64,000 nucleotides of DNA from an uncultured Chloroflexia bacterium (GTDB lineage Bacteria; Chloroflexota; Chloroflexia; Thermomicrobiales; UBA6265): the NCBI GenBank assembly GCA_963724295.1, contig CAVRUC010000008.1:192001-256000 (forward strand), given 5' to 3'. The notes beneath the pieces were generated by a model. It did no database searches. It worked only from the letters and a program-made list of their open reading frames with translations, and had not been told where the DNA came from. Shown one piece after another: positions 32,384 to 42,617 of this stretch. Numbering within the stretch: the first letter of the stretch is position 1; every line of letters begins with the position of its first letter. The translations under genes and the position numbers were made by a program.

Positions 32384-33073
32384 TTACATTGGCTCGATTT
32401 GGAACGTCCAAGGACCCGACTCAGCGATGTCAACTTGAATGGCGTATTCACCAGACTCGGTGATGCGAACCGATGTCTCACCTTCCCAGGAATTGCCGGC
32501 CTCCGGGATTTCGTTGAACAGCAATTCTTCGAAGTCTCCAGGGCCGATAAGATAGACGGCGAAATTCCCCGTTTCATCTGGTTGCACTGATCCAATGACT
32601 CGATAGCGGCCAGGCTCGAGTGTGAACTCCGCGGTTACATCGACGCCCGTGCCGCTGAAAGAGAGTCCGTCGCTCACTTCACGGTTGCTGCCCTGTTGCC
32701 TATTGTTTCGCTCCGGCTCCGGCGTGACGAGACGAGGGTTTGGCTCGGCGATAACGACTTCGGGCAACGCCTCGATTGATGTGAAACTCCGCGGATCAAC
32801 CGCAAGGTCACGCACCCAGCCGGTCTCGCCGGTTTCAACAACTTCGATTGGGAAGAAGGCGTCACCATCCGCTGGCACCGCATCGCCCGTGACGCGGATC
32901 GGGTCACCACGCTGGAGGTAAGCAAGTACTTCGGTATCCTCCGCGGGATCGACGCGAAGCCAGATATTTTCGCCGCGGATCGTGGCGCTAGCTGGGTAGT
33001 CACGCTGCGCGCGTAGCGGAGATCCTGAAAGAACGAAGAGGGCTGTCACAAGTATTAGGATCGAGACGCGCAT
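32384..33073 (-). CDS. Secreted SH3-domain protein
   Basis: Signal peptide. NIWLRVDP...TGWV resembles bacterial SH3. C-terminal beta domain. Confidence 0.7.
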   Translation of the reverse strand: MRVSILILVTALFVLSGSPLRAQRDYPASATIRGENIWLRVDPAEDTEVLAYLQRGDPIRVTGDAVPADGDAFFPIEVVETGETGWVRDLAVDPRSFTSIEALPEVVIAEPNPRLVTPEPERNNRQQGSNREVSDGLSFSGTGVDVTAEFTLEPGRYRVIGSVQPDETGNFAVYLIGPGDFEELLFNEIPEAGNSWEGETSVRITESGEYAIQVDIAESGPWTFQIEPM

Positions 33074-33148
33074 GGCTCCCTCCTTGTGATTCCCGCGCGG
33101 GACGAGGCGGCGTCATACGGGCTTCATCTCACTTCCAGCACGCAGGAA

Positions 33149-33595
33149 TCACGACTCCGTCTCGTCCGGATCGACCTCCTCGGCTGCTTCGTTGTTCTGA
33201 ACGATGCTACCGACAATCGCGTCGACCTCGATCTCGACGCGCAGGTCCGGGTTGACCAGGGTGGTGTTACCGACCATCGTCCCGGCCGGGCGAATGGCGC
33301 CGAAGACCCGACCCATTTCATTGCCGACCGCCGTGGCATCGGCGATGTCGGTGAGGAAGACGCGGTAACGGATGACGTCGCTCAGTGTCGCGCCCGCTTC
33401 CGCCAGCGCCCGCTCGATGACGTCCAGGATGTAGCGGGTCTGCGCCCCGGCATCTCCGGGAGCGAAAGGCGCGCCGTCCTTGATCGCCGTCGTGCCGGCC
33501 ACCGCGATGTGGTTGCCGGCGCGCACCGCGCGGCTGTAGCCGAACGTCGCCTCGAACGGCCCACCGGAGCTGACCCGCTGCCGTCTCGCCGCCAT
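33149..33595 (-). CDS. RidA/YjgF family protein (lacks the catalytic Arg)
   Basis: GYSRAVR, AGTT, PAGTMV and VEIEVDA. Confidence 0.9.
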   Translation of the reverse strand: MAARRQRVSSGGPFEATFGYSRAVRAGNHIAVAGTTAIKDGAPFAPGDAGAQTRYILDVIERALAEAGATLSDVIRYRVFLTDIADATAVGNEMGRVFGAIRPAGTMVGNTTLVNPDLRVEIEVDAIVGSIVQNNEAAEEVDPDETES

Positions 33596-33720
33596 GACCC
33601 CTCCCCCCTCGTCACCGGCCTGGTTGCCCAGTTCTCGGGCCGCCGCTATCGTACCCTCACGGCATCGGCCAGGAATCGCGCCTCACCATCGGCCCGCGAG
33701 TCGAAGGAGCTGCACGAGCC

Positions 33721-34662
33721 ATGACGAGCACCGGAACGGGTGGCATTCCTCTGCGACCCCTGGGCACGACCGGGGTCAGCGTTTCGATGCTCTGTCTCGG
33801 CGGCTTTCATCTCAGCGTGCCTCCCGAGGACGAGGCCACCCGCATCATTCACACCGCCATCGACAACGGCATCACCTTCATGGACAACGCCTGGGAATAT
33901 GCCGACAACGAGTCGGAGCGGCGCATGGGGAATGCGCTGGCACAGGATGGCTACCGCGACAAGGTCTTCCTGATGACCAAGAACTGCGCGCACGACCGCA
34001 CGGCAGCTAACTCGATGGTGAAGCTGGAGGAGAGCTTGCGCCGGCTGCGGACCGATCATCTCGATCTCTGGCAGATCCACGAGGTGACCTTCCCCGACGA
34101 CCCGGACCGCATCTTCGCTCCCGGCGGCGCGGCCGAGGCGATGCTGCGGGCCAAAGAGGAGGGCAAGGTCCGCTTCATCGGCTTCACCGGCCACAAGAGC
34201 CCGGCCATCTTCCGCCGCATGCTTTCCGAGGGTTTTCCCTGGGACACGCTCCAGATGCCGGTCAGCGTCCTGGACGCCAACTTCAACTCCTTCCAGATAA
34301 TCATCCCCATCGCCCAGGAGCAAGGAATCGGGGTCATCGGCATGAAGAGCCTCGCCGCCGGGCATATCTTCGACGACCCAGCTATCGGTATCACCGCCGC
34401 AGAGGCCATCCGCTACGCCCTCTCGCAGCCGATCGCCTCGCTCTGCACCGGGATCGACAGCATGGCCATCCTTGAGCAGAACCTGCGCATCGGACGCGAG
34501 TTCGTGCCGATGACGGCCCAGGAGCAGGCGGCCGCCGTCGACAAGGTCTTCCATCATGCCTGGGACGGGCAGCACGAGCCCTTCAAGACCTCGTTCCAGT
34601 TCGAGGGCAACGAGGCACGGCGGGAGCACGGCATCCCGGTGAAATCGGCGGCCGCGGACTAG
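33721..34662 (+). CDS. Aldo/keto reductase
   Basis: DNAWEY, LMTK, LRTDHLDLWQIH and GFTGH. Confidence 0.92.
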   Translation: MTSTGTGGIPLRPLGTTGVSVSMLCLGGFHLSVPPEDEATRIIHTAIDNGITFMDNAWEYADNESERRMGNALAQDGYRDKVFLMTKNCAHDRTAANSMVKLEESLRRLRTDHLDLWQIHEVTFPDDPDRIFAPGGAAEAMLRAKEEGKVRFIGFTGHKSPAIFRRMLSEGFPWDTLQMPVSVLDANFNSFQIIIPIAQEQGIGVIGMKSLAAGHIFDDPAIGITAAEAIRYALSQPIASLCTGIDSMAILEQNLRIGREFVPMTAQEQAAAVDKVFHHAWDGQHEPFKTSFQFEGNEARREHGIPVKSAAAD

Positions 34663-34806
34663 CAGACGGCAAGACGGCGGCGAAGGGTGGCAGGGTCACA
34701 AGGTGGCAGGGTGGCAGGGTGGCGGAGATCGTTCTCCCTGCCACCCTGCCACCACGAGCGCAGCGAGTCATCACCCTGCCACCCATCAGGGAGGAGTAGC
34801 AACGGC

Positions 34807-35748
34807 ATGACAAGCAATCGAGACCGAGTTGGCATCGCCATCTTTCCCCGCTCGGCCGAAGCGGTAGTCGATCTCTGCGTCCGCGCCGAGAGGGCAAATG
34901 TCAACAACGCCTGGGTGGTGATGCCTGCCACCGCGCTCGACACGCTCACGCTGCTCGGCGCGGCCGCCATGAAGACGGAGCGCATCACCCTCGGCACGTC
35001 GATCGTCCCCGCCTTCACCCGGCATCCGCTGGCCTTCGTCACCCAGGCGCAGGCGCTGGAGGGGCTCGCGCCCGGTCGCTTCGACCTCGGCATCGGCAGC
35101 GCCCATGCGCGGACGATGGTCGACGTCTACCACATTGACTTCGATCGTCCCCTGCGCCGCCTGATCGAGTATCTCCGCGTCGTGCAGCCCGCGCTGAAGA
35201 CCGGTTCCGTCCACTTCGAGGGCGAGTTCTATCGAGTGGACGCCAGCTTCCCGCACGCTCCCGGCACTCCGGTGCCGATAGCCGCGCTGCGCGCTCCCGC
35301 CTTCCGGGTCGCGGGGCGCCTCGCCGACGGCGCGATGAGCTGGAACTGTCCCACGACCTACATCCAGCAGGTCGCCATGCCCGCCTTGCAGGAAGGGGCC
35401 GCCAGCGCGGGCCGGGACCGGCCGCGGCTGATGGTCCACGTGCCGGTGATGGTCACCACGGATCGGGATGAGGTCCACCGCAAGGCCGGCGAGCAGCTCC
35501 GCTACTATGCTGCCGCTCCGTTCTACGCGCGCATGTTCGCCGACGCCGGCTACCCGCTGCTGGACGACGGCGCGGTGAGTCCGGAGCTGATCGACGACCT
35601 CGTCGTCATCGGCACTCCGGACGACATCGCCGCCCAGCTCCGCCACCGTCTCGATCTCGGCTTCGACGTGCTGATGGTCAACCCGCTGCGCACCGATGAC
35701 GACGCGGGCCACGAGGATCAGGTGCTGGAGATTCTGGGTGGAATGTGA
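34807..35748 (+). CDS. LLM-class flavin/F420-dependent oxidoreductase
   Basis: LGTSIVP, RHP and GRFDLGIG. Confidence 0.88.
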   Translation: MTSNRDRVGIAIFPRSAEAVVDLCVRAERANVNNAWVVMPATALDTLTLLGAAAMKTERITLGTSIVPAFTRHPLAFVTQAQALEGLAPGRFDLGIGSAHARTMVDVYHIDFDRPLRRLIEYLRVVQPALKTGSVHFEGEFYRVDASFPHAPGTPVPIAALRAPAFRVAGRLADGAMSWNCPTTYIQQVAMPALQEGAASAGRDRPRLMVHVPVMVTTDRDEVHRKAGEQLRYYAAAPFYARMFADAGYPLLDDGAVSPELIDDLVVIGTPDDIAAQLRHRLDLGFDVLMVNPLRTDDDAGHEDQVLEILGGM

Positions 35749-35752
35749 GGCC

Positions 35753-35828
35753 GAGTCGGTAAGTCGGTGAGTCGGTAAGTAGACAGCAAGACGGCCAGAC
35801 AACTGTAGGGCCGACGCAGGCGTCGCCC
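35753..35828 (+). repeat. Octamer array + GTAG-type REP-like palindrome
   Basis: (AGTCGGTR)3-AAGACGGCC-GTAGGGCCGACGCAGGCGTCGCCC. Confidence 0.75.
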
Positions 35829-35895
35829 GCGTCGGCCATCACCTATTACCCATCGCCCATCACCCGATCACCCCATAACCCCATCACCCTCATCA

Positions 35896-36888
35896 TCACC
35901 CCTCCACGAGCGCAATGAACTCCGGGAAATCGCCGAGGCCGTCGATGAACGGTGTTGCGTCGGGTTTTCCAGTGCTGGCGTCGAAGCGCAGAACCTGCCG
36001 GGTTTCACGGCTGCTGACATAGAGGCTGCCGTCGGGGCCGAACGCCATCCCGGCCGGGGCGCGCAGTCCGCCCGCGCCGGACTCGACGAGCGTGGTTAGC
36101 GCTCCGCTGTCGGGATCGATGGCAAAGACCGCATCTCCGTCGCGGCTTCCGGCCAGGAGCGCGCCGTCGTGGGCACGGAACGCCAGGTGCACCGGTGTGG
36201 TCAGATGCCGGTGGCGGTATTCCCGTCGGAACTCACCGCTGCTGCCGTCGTACCGCTTGATGCTGTCCGCGTCACGGTCCGCGACGTAGAGGTCCCCTTC
36301 CGGACCGAAGATGGCGCCCCGCACCGCCTGCAGACCACGGTGGGCGTGCTTTTGCGATGGGACGAACGTGCCGGGGAGGAGATGCTTCGCATCAGCGTCC
36401 TGAAGCGCCTCCGGATGCGGCATCGGTGTCCCCGGTTTCCCCTCGGTCTCATGCGGACCGTAGTACCGGCCGACGATGTTCGTGTCCTGACTGGGGACGT
36501 AGAGATGCGAGTCCGGTCCGAAGGCGACGTCAAAGGGGTGAGCCAGACCGGGATTGGCCTCGTGCCGCTCGGCGTAGACCTCGCGGAAGGGATGTCTCCC
36601 GTCAGGTCCGCGTTGCCCGGCGAAGCGCAGCACCTGCGAGGCGTCCTTGTAGGCATTGGTGACGTAGAGGTCCCCGTCCGGCCCAAAGGCAAACCCCCTC
36701 AGCTCGCGCAGGTGGACGTCCTCAGGCAGAGACTGCGTATCCAGCGCCTTCCCCAGCGGCGTGCCATCCAGCCCGAAGACGTGGATGTTGTTCCACGCGC
36801 GTGAGCGCGCCTCTCCTAACTCTCCTTTGCCGCCAGAGTCTTGTTTAGGCGAATCCCCGCCGTGAAAGGTGATGTACCAGCGCTGCAC
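35896..36888 (-). CDS. NHL/Vgb-like beta-propeller protein
   Basis: Repeated FGPDGDLYV-type blades. Confidence 0.8.
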   Translation of the reverse strand: MQRWYITFHGGDSPKQDSGGKGELGEARSRAWNNIHVFGLDGTPLGKALDTQSLPEDVHLRELRGFAFGPDGDLYVTNAYKDASQVLRFAGQRGPDGRHPFREVYAERHEANPGLAHPFDVAFGPDSHLYVPSQDTNIVGRYYGPHETEGKPGTPMPHPEALQDADAKHLLPGTFVPSQKHAHRGLQAVRGAIFGPEGDLYVADRDADSIKRYDGSSGEFRREYRHRHLTTPVHLAFRAHDGALLAGSRDGDAVFAIDPDSGALTTLVESGAGGLRAPAGMAFGPDGSLYVSSRETRQVLRFDASTGKPDATPFIDGLGDFPEFIALVEG

Positions 36889-37361
36889 GTGCTTGCCTCG
36901 TCTCGTTAGGAGTGTACCGGAACGACCCGTGAACCGTAGCAGCGCGAGCCCGGCCGCGGACGCCCAATGAGCCGTTGACGCCAAGACAAGGTGAGACCCC
37001 GGCCGGGATGGCAGCCGGGGTCTCGTTGGGGACGAGGGCCAGGGGAGGGAAGGGGAAAACCTGGACTCCTCGTGATAGAGCAACGACGGCAAGCGCGTAA
37101 TGGTTCCCGCCTGCTCTGAAGATTCATTACGCAAAGGTCGTGCCACATCGTACGTACACCCCTTGTGGGATGCAATCGCTGCGGGCAGGCGCCCTTGGCG
37201 AGCAAGAAAGCACTCGTCACGATTGATAGGCACAACTTATGCGAATAGTGGCTAGCAAGCCGTTGCGTCTGCGACTGGCACAACCATGCCGGAGCAATGA
37301 GCTTGATCGTTCGGGCGGGCGGCCACCGGGTCGTTCCCAGTTCTCGAAAAAGGAGTGGTTA

Positions 37362-38348
37362 ATGGCCCAATCACGGGAATCGACAGGCAGCGAGCAATCT
37401 CGCTCCGGGGCGTCCGGGTCGAGCGCGTCCGGAAGTTCCGGCGACGGTGGCAGCGGCGGCAGTGGCGCGAGCGGCGGCACCGGTATGAGCGGCCAAGGAA
37501 CAGAGCTCATTGGCCAGGCACAAGATCAGGCCATGAAGCTCGTCGATACGGCTCGCCAGCAAGCGACATCGCAGATCGGCATGCAGCAGCAGCGAGTGGC
37601 CGGCACGCTCAATACGGTGGCGACGGCGCTCCACGACGCGAGTCGCGAGATGCGCAAGCAGGACGAGACGGCAATTGCTGAATACGTCGACACGGCTGCA
37701 AATCAGGTCGAGCATTTCGCCAATACGCTGCGCGAGCAGGACCTCGAGCAGTTGTTGAATACCACGGCGCAATTCGCGCGGCGCCAGCCGGCGCTCTTCC
37801 TCGGGGCGGCCTTTGCCCTTGGCTTCGCCGCGACCCGCTTCATCAAGAGCTCGTCGCCGTCCGGCAGCGGGCAAATGAGCTCGGCGGATCGTGGCTTGTG
37901 GTACGAGCGGCCGGATGGATACGGCACGAGCTCGTACGGCTCAGGCTACGGCTACGGGGGAGCAGTGAGCGACCTCGGCTACGGCGGCACGACTGGCTCA
38001 ACCGGCCAGATGGGCGGCTCATCGGGTGCTGGCTCGAGCGGGGGCATGGGGTCCTCTGGATCCATGGGCTTGGGGAGCAGCATGGGCTCCGCGGGGACTG
38101 GCAGCTCAGGTCGTGACATGGGATCGTCCGGGAGCATGGGATCAACTGCCTCAGGCGGTTCCGGTGGATCAAGCGCTTCTAGCGGATCTAGTGGATCGAC
38201 GGGGTCCGGTTCGTCGAGTGCTTCGAGTGGGTCCAGTGGGTCCGGGGGATCCAGCGCCTCAGGGAGCCAGAGCGGATCTGGTTCCGGGGGCGGCTCGCGC
38301 TCCGGGAGTGAAGGAAAATCCCGATCCGGCTCGGGTGCGGAGGCGTAA
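37362..38348 (+). CDS. Helical LEA-like/membrane-anchored protein with Gly/Ser-rich low-complexity ends
   Basis: AAGGAG SD. FARRQPALFLGAAFALGF..RF motif. G/S-rich tail. Confidence 0.8.
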   Translation: MAQSRESTGSEQSRSGASGSSASGSSGDGGSGGSGASGGTGMSGQGTELIGQAQDQAMKLVDTARQQATSQIGMQQQRVAGTLNTVATALHDASREMRKQDETAIAEYVDTAANQVEHFANTLREQDLEQLLNTTAQFARRQPALFLGAAFALGFAATRFIKSSSPSGSGQMSSADRGLWYERPDGYGTSSYGSGYGYGGAVSDLGYGGTTGSTGQMGGSSGAGSSGGMGSSGSMGLGSSMGSAGTGSSGRDMGSSGSMGSTASGGSGGSSASSGSSGSTGSGSSSASSGSSGSGGSSASGSQSGSGSGGGSRSGSEGKSRSGSGAEA

Positions 38349-38350
38349 TC

Positions 38351-38746
38351 ATGGCGCAACTCCGCGATGAGCGCTCGCTTGGCGATCTCTTCTCCGACCT
38401 CTCGCGGGAGACGACCACCCTGGTGCGCCAGGAGGTGCAGCTGGCCAAGGCGGAGCTGACTCAGAGTGCGACCGAGGCTGCGCGCGGCATCGGGATGCTG
38501 CTTGCGGGGGGAGCCGTTGCCTATGCCGGGCTGCTCTTCCTGCTGTTGGCGATTGTCTTTGGGCTCATCGAGGCCGGGTGGGACGCCTGGGTCTCGGCCC
38601 TCGTCGTCGGACTGGTAGTGGTAGCCATCGGCGCCATCCTGGTGCTGCGCGCTCGCGAGTCCCTCAAACCGGCCAACCTCGCACCGCAAAAGACGGTCGA
38701 AACCCTGAAGGAGGACGCCGCATGGGCGAAAGAGCAGATTACGTAA
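38351..38746 (+). CDS. YqjE-like 'phage holin family' membrane protein
   Basis: RSLGDL...LVRQEVQLAKAEL, two TMs and PQKTVETLKED. Confidence 0.88.
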   Translation: MAQLRDERSLGDLFSDLSRETTTLVRQEVQLAKAELTQSATEAARGIGMLLAGGAVAYAGLLFLLLAIVFGLIEAGWDAWVSALVVGLVVVAIGAILVLRARESLKPANLAPQKTVETLKEDAAWAKEQIT

Positions 38747-39909
38747 GCACGTCAAACGTGCGAGCCAGTAGCGGGAACGGTGGAACCTCCGGCTCTACCG
38801 ACGACGCAGACCCTGAGTTGATCGCCGCCGATATCGAAGCCACCCGCGAGGAGATGAGCTCGACAATCGACGCGATCCAGGAGCGGCTCGATCCGGAACG
38901 GCTCACGCAGCAAGCCACTGAGGTCACCGAGCAGGCCAGAGAAGCGGCCAAGGATGTGGCGAAGTACGCCATTGAAGAGGCCAAGGCGGCGGTCAACGAA
39001 CTGACGAGCCAGGCCAAGACGACCGTACGTGAGGCAACTATTGGAAGGGTCGAGCATATGGCCATGTACACGCGAGATACCGCTGAGAGCGTAAAAGGCG
39101 ATCTCTTTACGACCATAAAGCGGAACCCGGTGCCCGCCGCGCTGGCGGCGATCAGCATCGGCTGGCTCTGGTCTCACCGCTCAGGTGGTGGATCGCAGAG
39201 CTCGAGCTACGCGCGGTATGGCAGTTACCGGGCTGAGACACACTCGGACTGGAACTATCAGTCATCGAGCGCAGGCTCGCCCTACTACGGTTCGTACGGG
39301 ACCGAGGGAGGCTACGGTTCCTCCGGAAGCATCGGTGGATACGGGTCATCTGGCACCCACGGTCGTCAATATGACCAGCAAGGCGGTCAAGGTCAGCAGA
39401 TGGGCGGACAGATCGTTGGCCAGGCCCAGGAGAGAGTCGGCCAGGTGCAGGAGATGGCCGGCCAGGTCGCCGGCCAAGCCGGCCAGGTGGTGGGTCAGGC
39501 CGGTCAGGTCGTCGGTCAGGTGCCACACCAGATGCGAGAGCGGGCCGGGCAGATGCAGCAGCAGGCTCAGGGGTTCTGGCACATGCTAGAAACGAACCCC
39601 GTTGCCGTCGGCGCACTCGGCACGGTGCTCGGTGGAGTCGCGGGTCTGCTCATCCCGGAGACGGAGAAGGAAAACCAGCTCATGGGTGAGGCCCGCGACC
39701 GCGTCGTCGGCAGCGTCCAGGAGATGGCCGGGGAAACCGTGGCCAAGGCGCAGGTTGTCGCCCAGGAAGCCGGCAAGTCGGCGATGGAAGCCGGTCAGGC
39801 GGCGATCGAAGAGGTGAACTCGCAGCAAGGCAGCACGGGTCAGAGCGGCTCAGGCCAGAGCAGCTCCGGGAAGAGCGGCAGCGGCTCAGCGGCATCGTCT
39901 TCGATGTAA
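38722..39909 (+). CDS. DUF3618-domain protein with low-complexity Gly/Tyr/Gln regions
   Basis: IAADIEATREEMSSTIDAIQERLDP, NPVP/NPVA motifs and PETEKENQLMG. AAGGAGG SD before ATG 38722. Confidence 0.85.
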   Translation: MGERADYVSTSNVRASSGNGGTSGSTDDADPELIAADIEATREEMSSTIDAIQERLDPERLTQQATEVTEQAREAAKDVAKYAIEEAKAAVNELTSQAKTTVREATIGRVEHMAMYTRDTAESVKGDLFTTIKRNPVPAALAAISIGWLWSHRSGGGSQSSSYARYGSYRAETHSDWNYQSSSAGSPYYGSYGTEGGYGSSGSIGGYGSSGTHGRQYDQQGGQGQQMGGQIVGQAQERVGQVQEMAGQVAGQAGQVVGQAGQVVGQVPHQMRERAGQMQQQAQGFWHMLETNPVAVGALGTVLGGVAGLLIPETEKENQLMGEARDRVVGSVQEMAGETVAKAQVVAQEAGKSAMEAGQAAIEEVNSQQGSTGQSGSGQSSSGKSGSGSAASSSM

Positions 39910-40070
39910 TGCCAGCGGGACGCCTGGCTCCCATCGGCGTTCAGCTGTTGCAAGGGCAAGCGGATTGCGGACTTCCATCGGGAGTCCGCAACTCTGCATA
40001 TCCTGGAGAAATCTCGCGGGGCCGCGCCATGTAGCGAGCCGTTGCTTCGCTCCGTGTTACTCTCCCCTCC

Positions 40071-40829
40071 ATGGGACTGGATACCACGAACGGATCGATT
40101 GATCTCGTCACGTTTGACCTTTATGACACCCTGATCGAGCTGAACCCTCCCCGCTGGGAGCGGCTGGCGGCCGCGGCGCGCAAGCAGGGTATCGACGCCG
40201 ATGCGATCGTCCTCCGTGAGGCCGACCGCATCGCGGAGGACTACTTCACGATCGAGAATGGCCGGCTGCCGATCCGCGACCGGCAGCAGCCGGAACGTGA
40301 GGCCTTCCGTCTCGAGCTGATGCGTCGCTGGCTGGAGGCCGCGGGGCTGCCGCACGATCCGGAGACGACGCGCGCTTTGCGCCGGGCCTACATCTCCGAG
40401 TTCGACGAGGTGCCGGACCATCACCACTACCGGCTTTTCGACGATGTCCTGCCTGCGCTGCGTACACTGCGCCGCGCCGGGGTCAAGACCGCTGTCATCT
40501 CCAACGCGGACGCCGACGTCACCGTCGTCTGCACCCATTTCGCCTTCGCGCCGTTGATGGACCTCATCGTCACCTCGGCGCTCGTCGGCTACGAAAAACC
40601 AGATCCGCGCACCTACCACGCGGCCCTGGAGCCACTCGACATCGATCCGGAGCGGGCAATCCACGTCGGCGACCAACCCAAGTCAGACGTGGTGGGTGCG
40701 CTCGGCGTCGGCATGGGAGCGGTGCTGATTGACCGCTACGATCGCCACGATGGCGTCGACGTGCCGGTCGTCAGCACGCTCACCGAACTGGCCGATACAG
40801 TCGTCGCCGCGCGGCAACCCAAGCGATAA
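40071..40829 (+). CDS. HAD-superfamily hydrolase
   Basis: FDLYDTL, ISN, EKPDP and HVGD...SDV. Confidence 0.92.
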   Translation: MGLDTTNGSIDLVTFDLYDTLIELNPPRWERLAAAARKQGIDADAIVLREADRIAEDYFTIENGRLPIRDRQQPEREAFRLELMRRWLEAAGLPHDPETTRALRRAYISEFDEVPDHHHYRLFDDVLPALRTLRRAGVKTAVISNADADVTVVCTHFAFAPLMDLIVTSALVGYEKPDPRTYHAALEPLDIDPERAIHVGDQPKSDVVGALGVGMGAVLIDRYDRHDGVDVPVVSTLTELADTVVAARQPKR

Positions 40830-40893
40830 GACGGTGCCGACGGCCCATGCACGGGGTCATCTTCGGGAGCGGGCAAGTATCGGACTTGCCGCA

Positions 40894-41612
40894 ATGAGCT
40901 CCGATTGGGATCTGATGCAGATCCACATGAGCGCGCTCTTCCGGCATGATGAACGGAATCGTCTGCTGGCGGTGAACGAGCCCGGCCCTCCCTGGCGAGA
41001 TGACCCATTACCGCCGCGGCTCTATCTCGGCCGCACCCGTGAAGGTCTTACCTGGCGGTTCCGCCACGACCTCCCCGAATCGTTGGTTGCTGAGCTGGAG
41101 CCGATGCTTGCCGCGGAACCTGTTGCGGCTGACCTTTCCCGACCACCGCGATGTCTAGCAGCATTGCAATCGACGCTAGCGCGATACGGCCCCATTACCG
41201 GAACCTGGAGCGGACCTGCCTGGCATTTTCCCGACGAGATCCCCACGTTTGAATACGAGGCGATTCCCGTCGCGACGGCGAACGACGAACTCGTACGCCT
41301 GCTTTCCCGGTCCTCGCCGCGGACGACTTGCCGTGGCGACTGCCCTGCCTGGCGCTCCTGGACGATGGCCGTCTGGCTTCGGTCTGCTTCAGTGCGCGCA
41401 ACACCCCTGTTGCCGCTGAGGCCGGGGTGGATACGCTCAAGGAGTTTCGCGGACGAGGCTACGCACCGGCCGTCGTTGCTGCCTGGGCTCGTGCTGTTCG
41501 CCAGGAAGGGCGCGTCCCGCTCTACAGCACCTCGTGGGACAACCTGGCCTCGCGATCGGTCGCGCGCAAGCTCGGCCTCATCATGTACGGCGCGGACTTC
41601 TCTCTTGAGTGA
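40894..41612 (+). CDS. GNAT N-acetyltransferase; frameshift ~41305
   Basis: PRLYLGRT in frame 1. EAGVDT..FRGRGYA..LYSTSWDNLAS in frame 2. Confidence 0.82.
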
Positions 41613-41873
41613 TGCATGAGACGGACTTCGGTCGGTGACCGCTTTGCAGACTCACGCCCCAGCCGTGAAGTTGCCGCGCCACCCGGCCCCTGAAGAGTTT
41701 GCCAAGTTTGCCAACTTCGAGAGTTGTAAAACGTTCACTGGGTGGCATGAGGATCACGCTGAGGCACTTGACCCCTTCCAATTCGTCGGTCGGTGCTTTC
41801 TCCCGCACTTAGGACACGACGACACCGACTGGGGCGCCTACTGAGCCGAGATCGACCGGCGATAAAGACTGCC

Positions 41874-42530
41874 TCATGTGTCCGCACTGCGGGTCCAAGC
41901 TGGTGGGCGGGAGATCTCTCGGCCGTCTGAATCGACAACGACATCTGGGAGTTGGCACTTCTCAAGAAGACGATAATCGAGAGGGCGTGCAAATGAGGCT
42001 GCTTTGGCGAGCCTCTTGGAAACTCGATCGTCAGGACTGATTACGATCAGGCGTACCCCGAACCGCTCGCGGACAATGCGAACAGGCTCGACGAAGTCGG
42101 AGTCATTCGTCATAAGGAGAGCAACCGACATCTGGCCGTCGAATGCGTCGGTAAGCAGATGTGTCGCCAGCGTCACATCTGACCGCTTTTCCTGGCGAAC
42201 CCAAGCGATCTGTCGCGGGTCAACTCCTGGAGGTGCGGAAACGAGTCGCACTTCACGTTTGCTCTTTACGAAGTTCCCCTGACAAATCTCCAGCCCTGGA
42301 AGCGTTGCGAGGGCTCGGAGATATGCATCTTGCCTCGACGCTCGCTGCGGATCTTCTGGCGAGTCACCAACACGTGCCGTGTAGTAACGGATCAGTGCAA
42401 TCTCTTCGTCGGGTAGGAGCGCTTCGGCCAAGGCGCAAAAATCCAACCATTTGAGGTGGTTTCGCTCCGCGCTATGGCGGAAACACATGTGGTAAACAGC
42501 GAATCCGTCGATGTAGACGAATGCTGCCAT
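41874..42530 (-). CDS. NYN-domain (PIN-fold, LabA-like) ribonuclease
   Basis: VYIDGF, IRYYTA, EKRSDV and TNDSDF acidic active-site motifs. Confidence 0.9.
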   Translation of the reverse strand: MAAFVYIDGFAVYHMCFRHSAERNHLKWLDFCALAEALLPDEEIALIRYYTARVGDSPEDPQRASRQDAYLRALATLPGLEICQGNFVKSKREVRLVSAPPGVDPRQIAWVRQEKRSDVTLATHLLTDAFDGQMSVALLMTNDSDFVEPVRIVRERFGVRLIVISPDDRVSKRLAKAASFARPLDYRLLEKCQLPDVVVDSDGREISRPPAWTRSADT

Positions 42531-42546
42531 CAGCCCACCTCAGACC

Positions 42547-42582
42547 AAAAAGAAGAGGGAACGGCCTTGCGGCCGTTCCCTC
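42547..42582 (-). terminator. Intrinsic terminator between the promoter and the NYN start codon
   Basis: GAGGGAACGGCC-GCAA-GGCCGTTCCCTC followed by TTCTTTTT. Confidence 0.8.
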
Positions 42583-42612
42583 GGCCTACCACCGAAGCGG
42601 TAGGGGGCTTCA
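42547..42612 (-). ncRNA. Putative ~65-nt structured leader/small RNA upstream of the NYN gene
   Basis: 8-bp C(UUCG)G hairpin (42585-42604), 12-bp GCAA hairpin (42555-42582) and UUCUUUUU. Confidence 0.6.
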
Positions 42613-42617
42613 AATAC

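Noticed and set aside
38351..38746. Holin as a sign of a prophage
   Set aside because: It is a YqjE-like family member in a typical chromosomal trio. No endolysin, structural or integrase genes are nearby.
41635..41844. 69-aa ORF convergent with NYN as a possible protein antitoxin
   Set aside because: It is on the opposite strand, with no clear SD and no recognisable motif.
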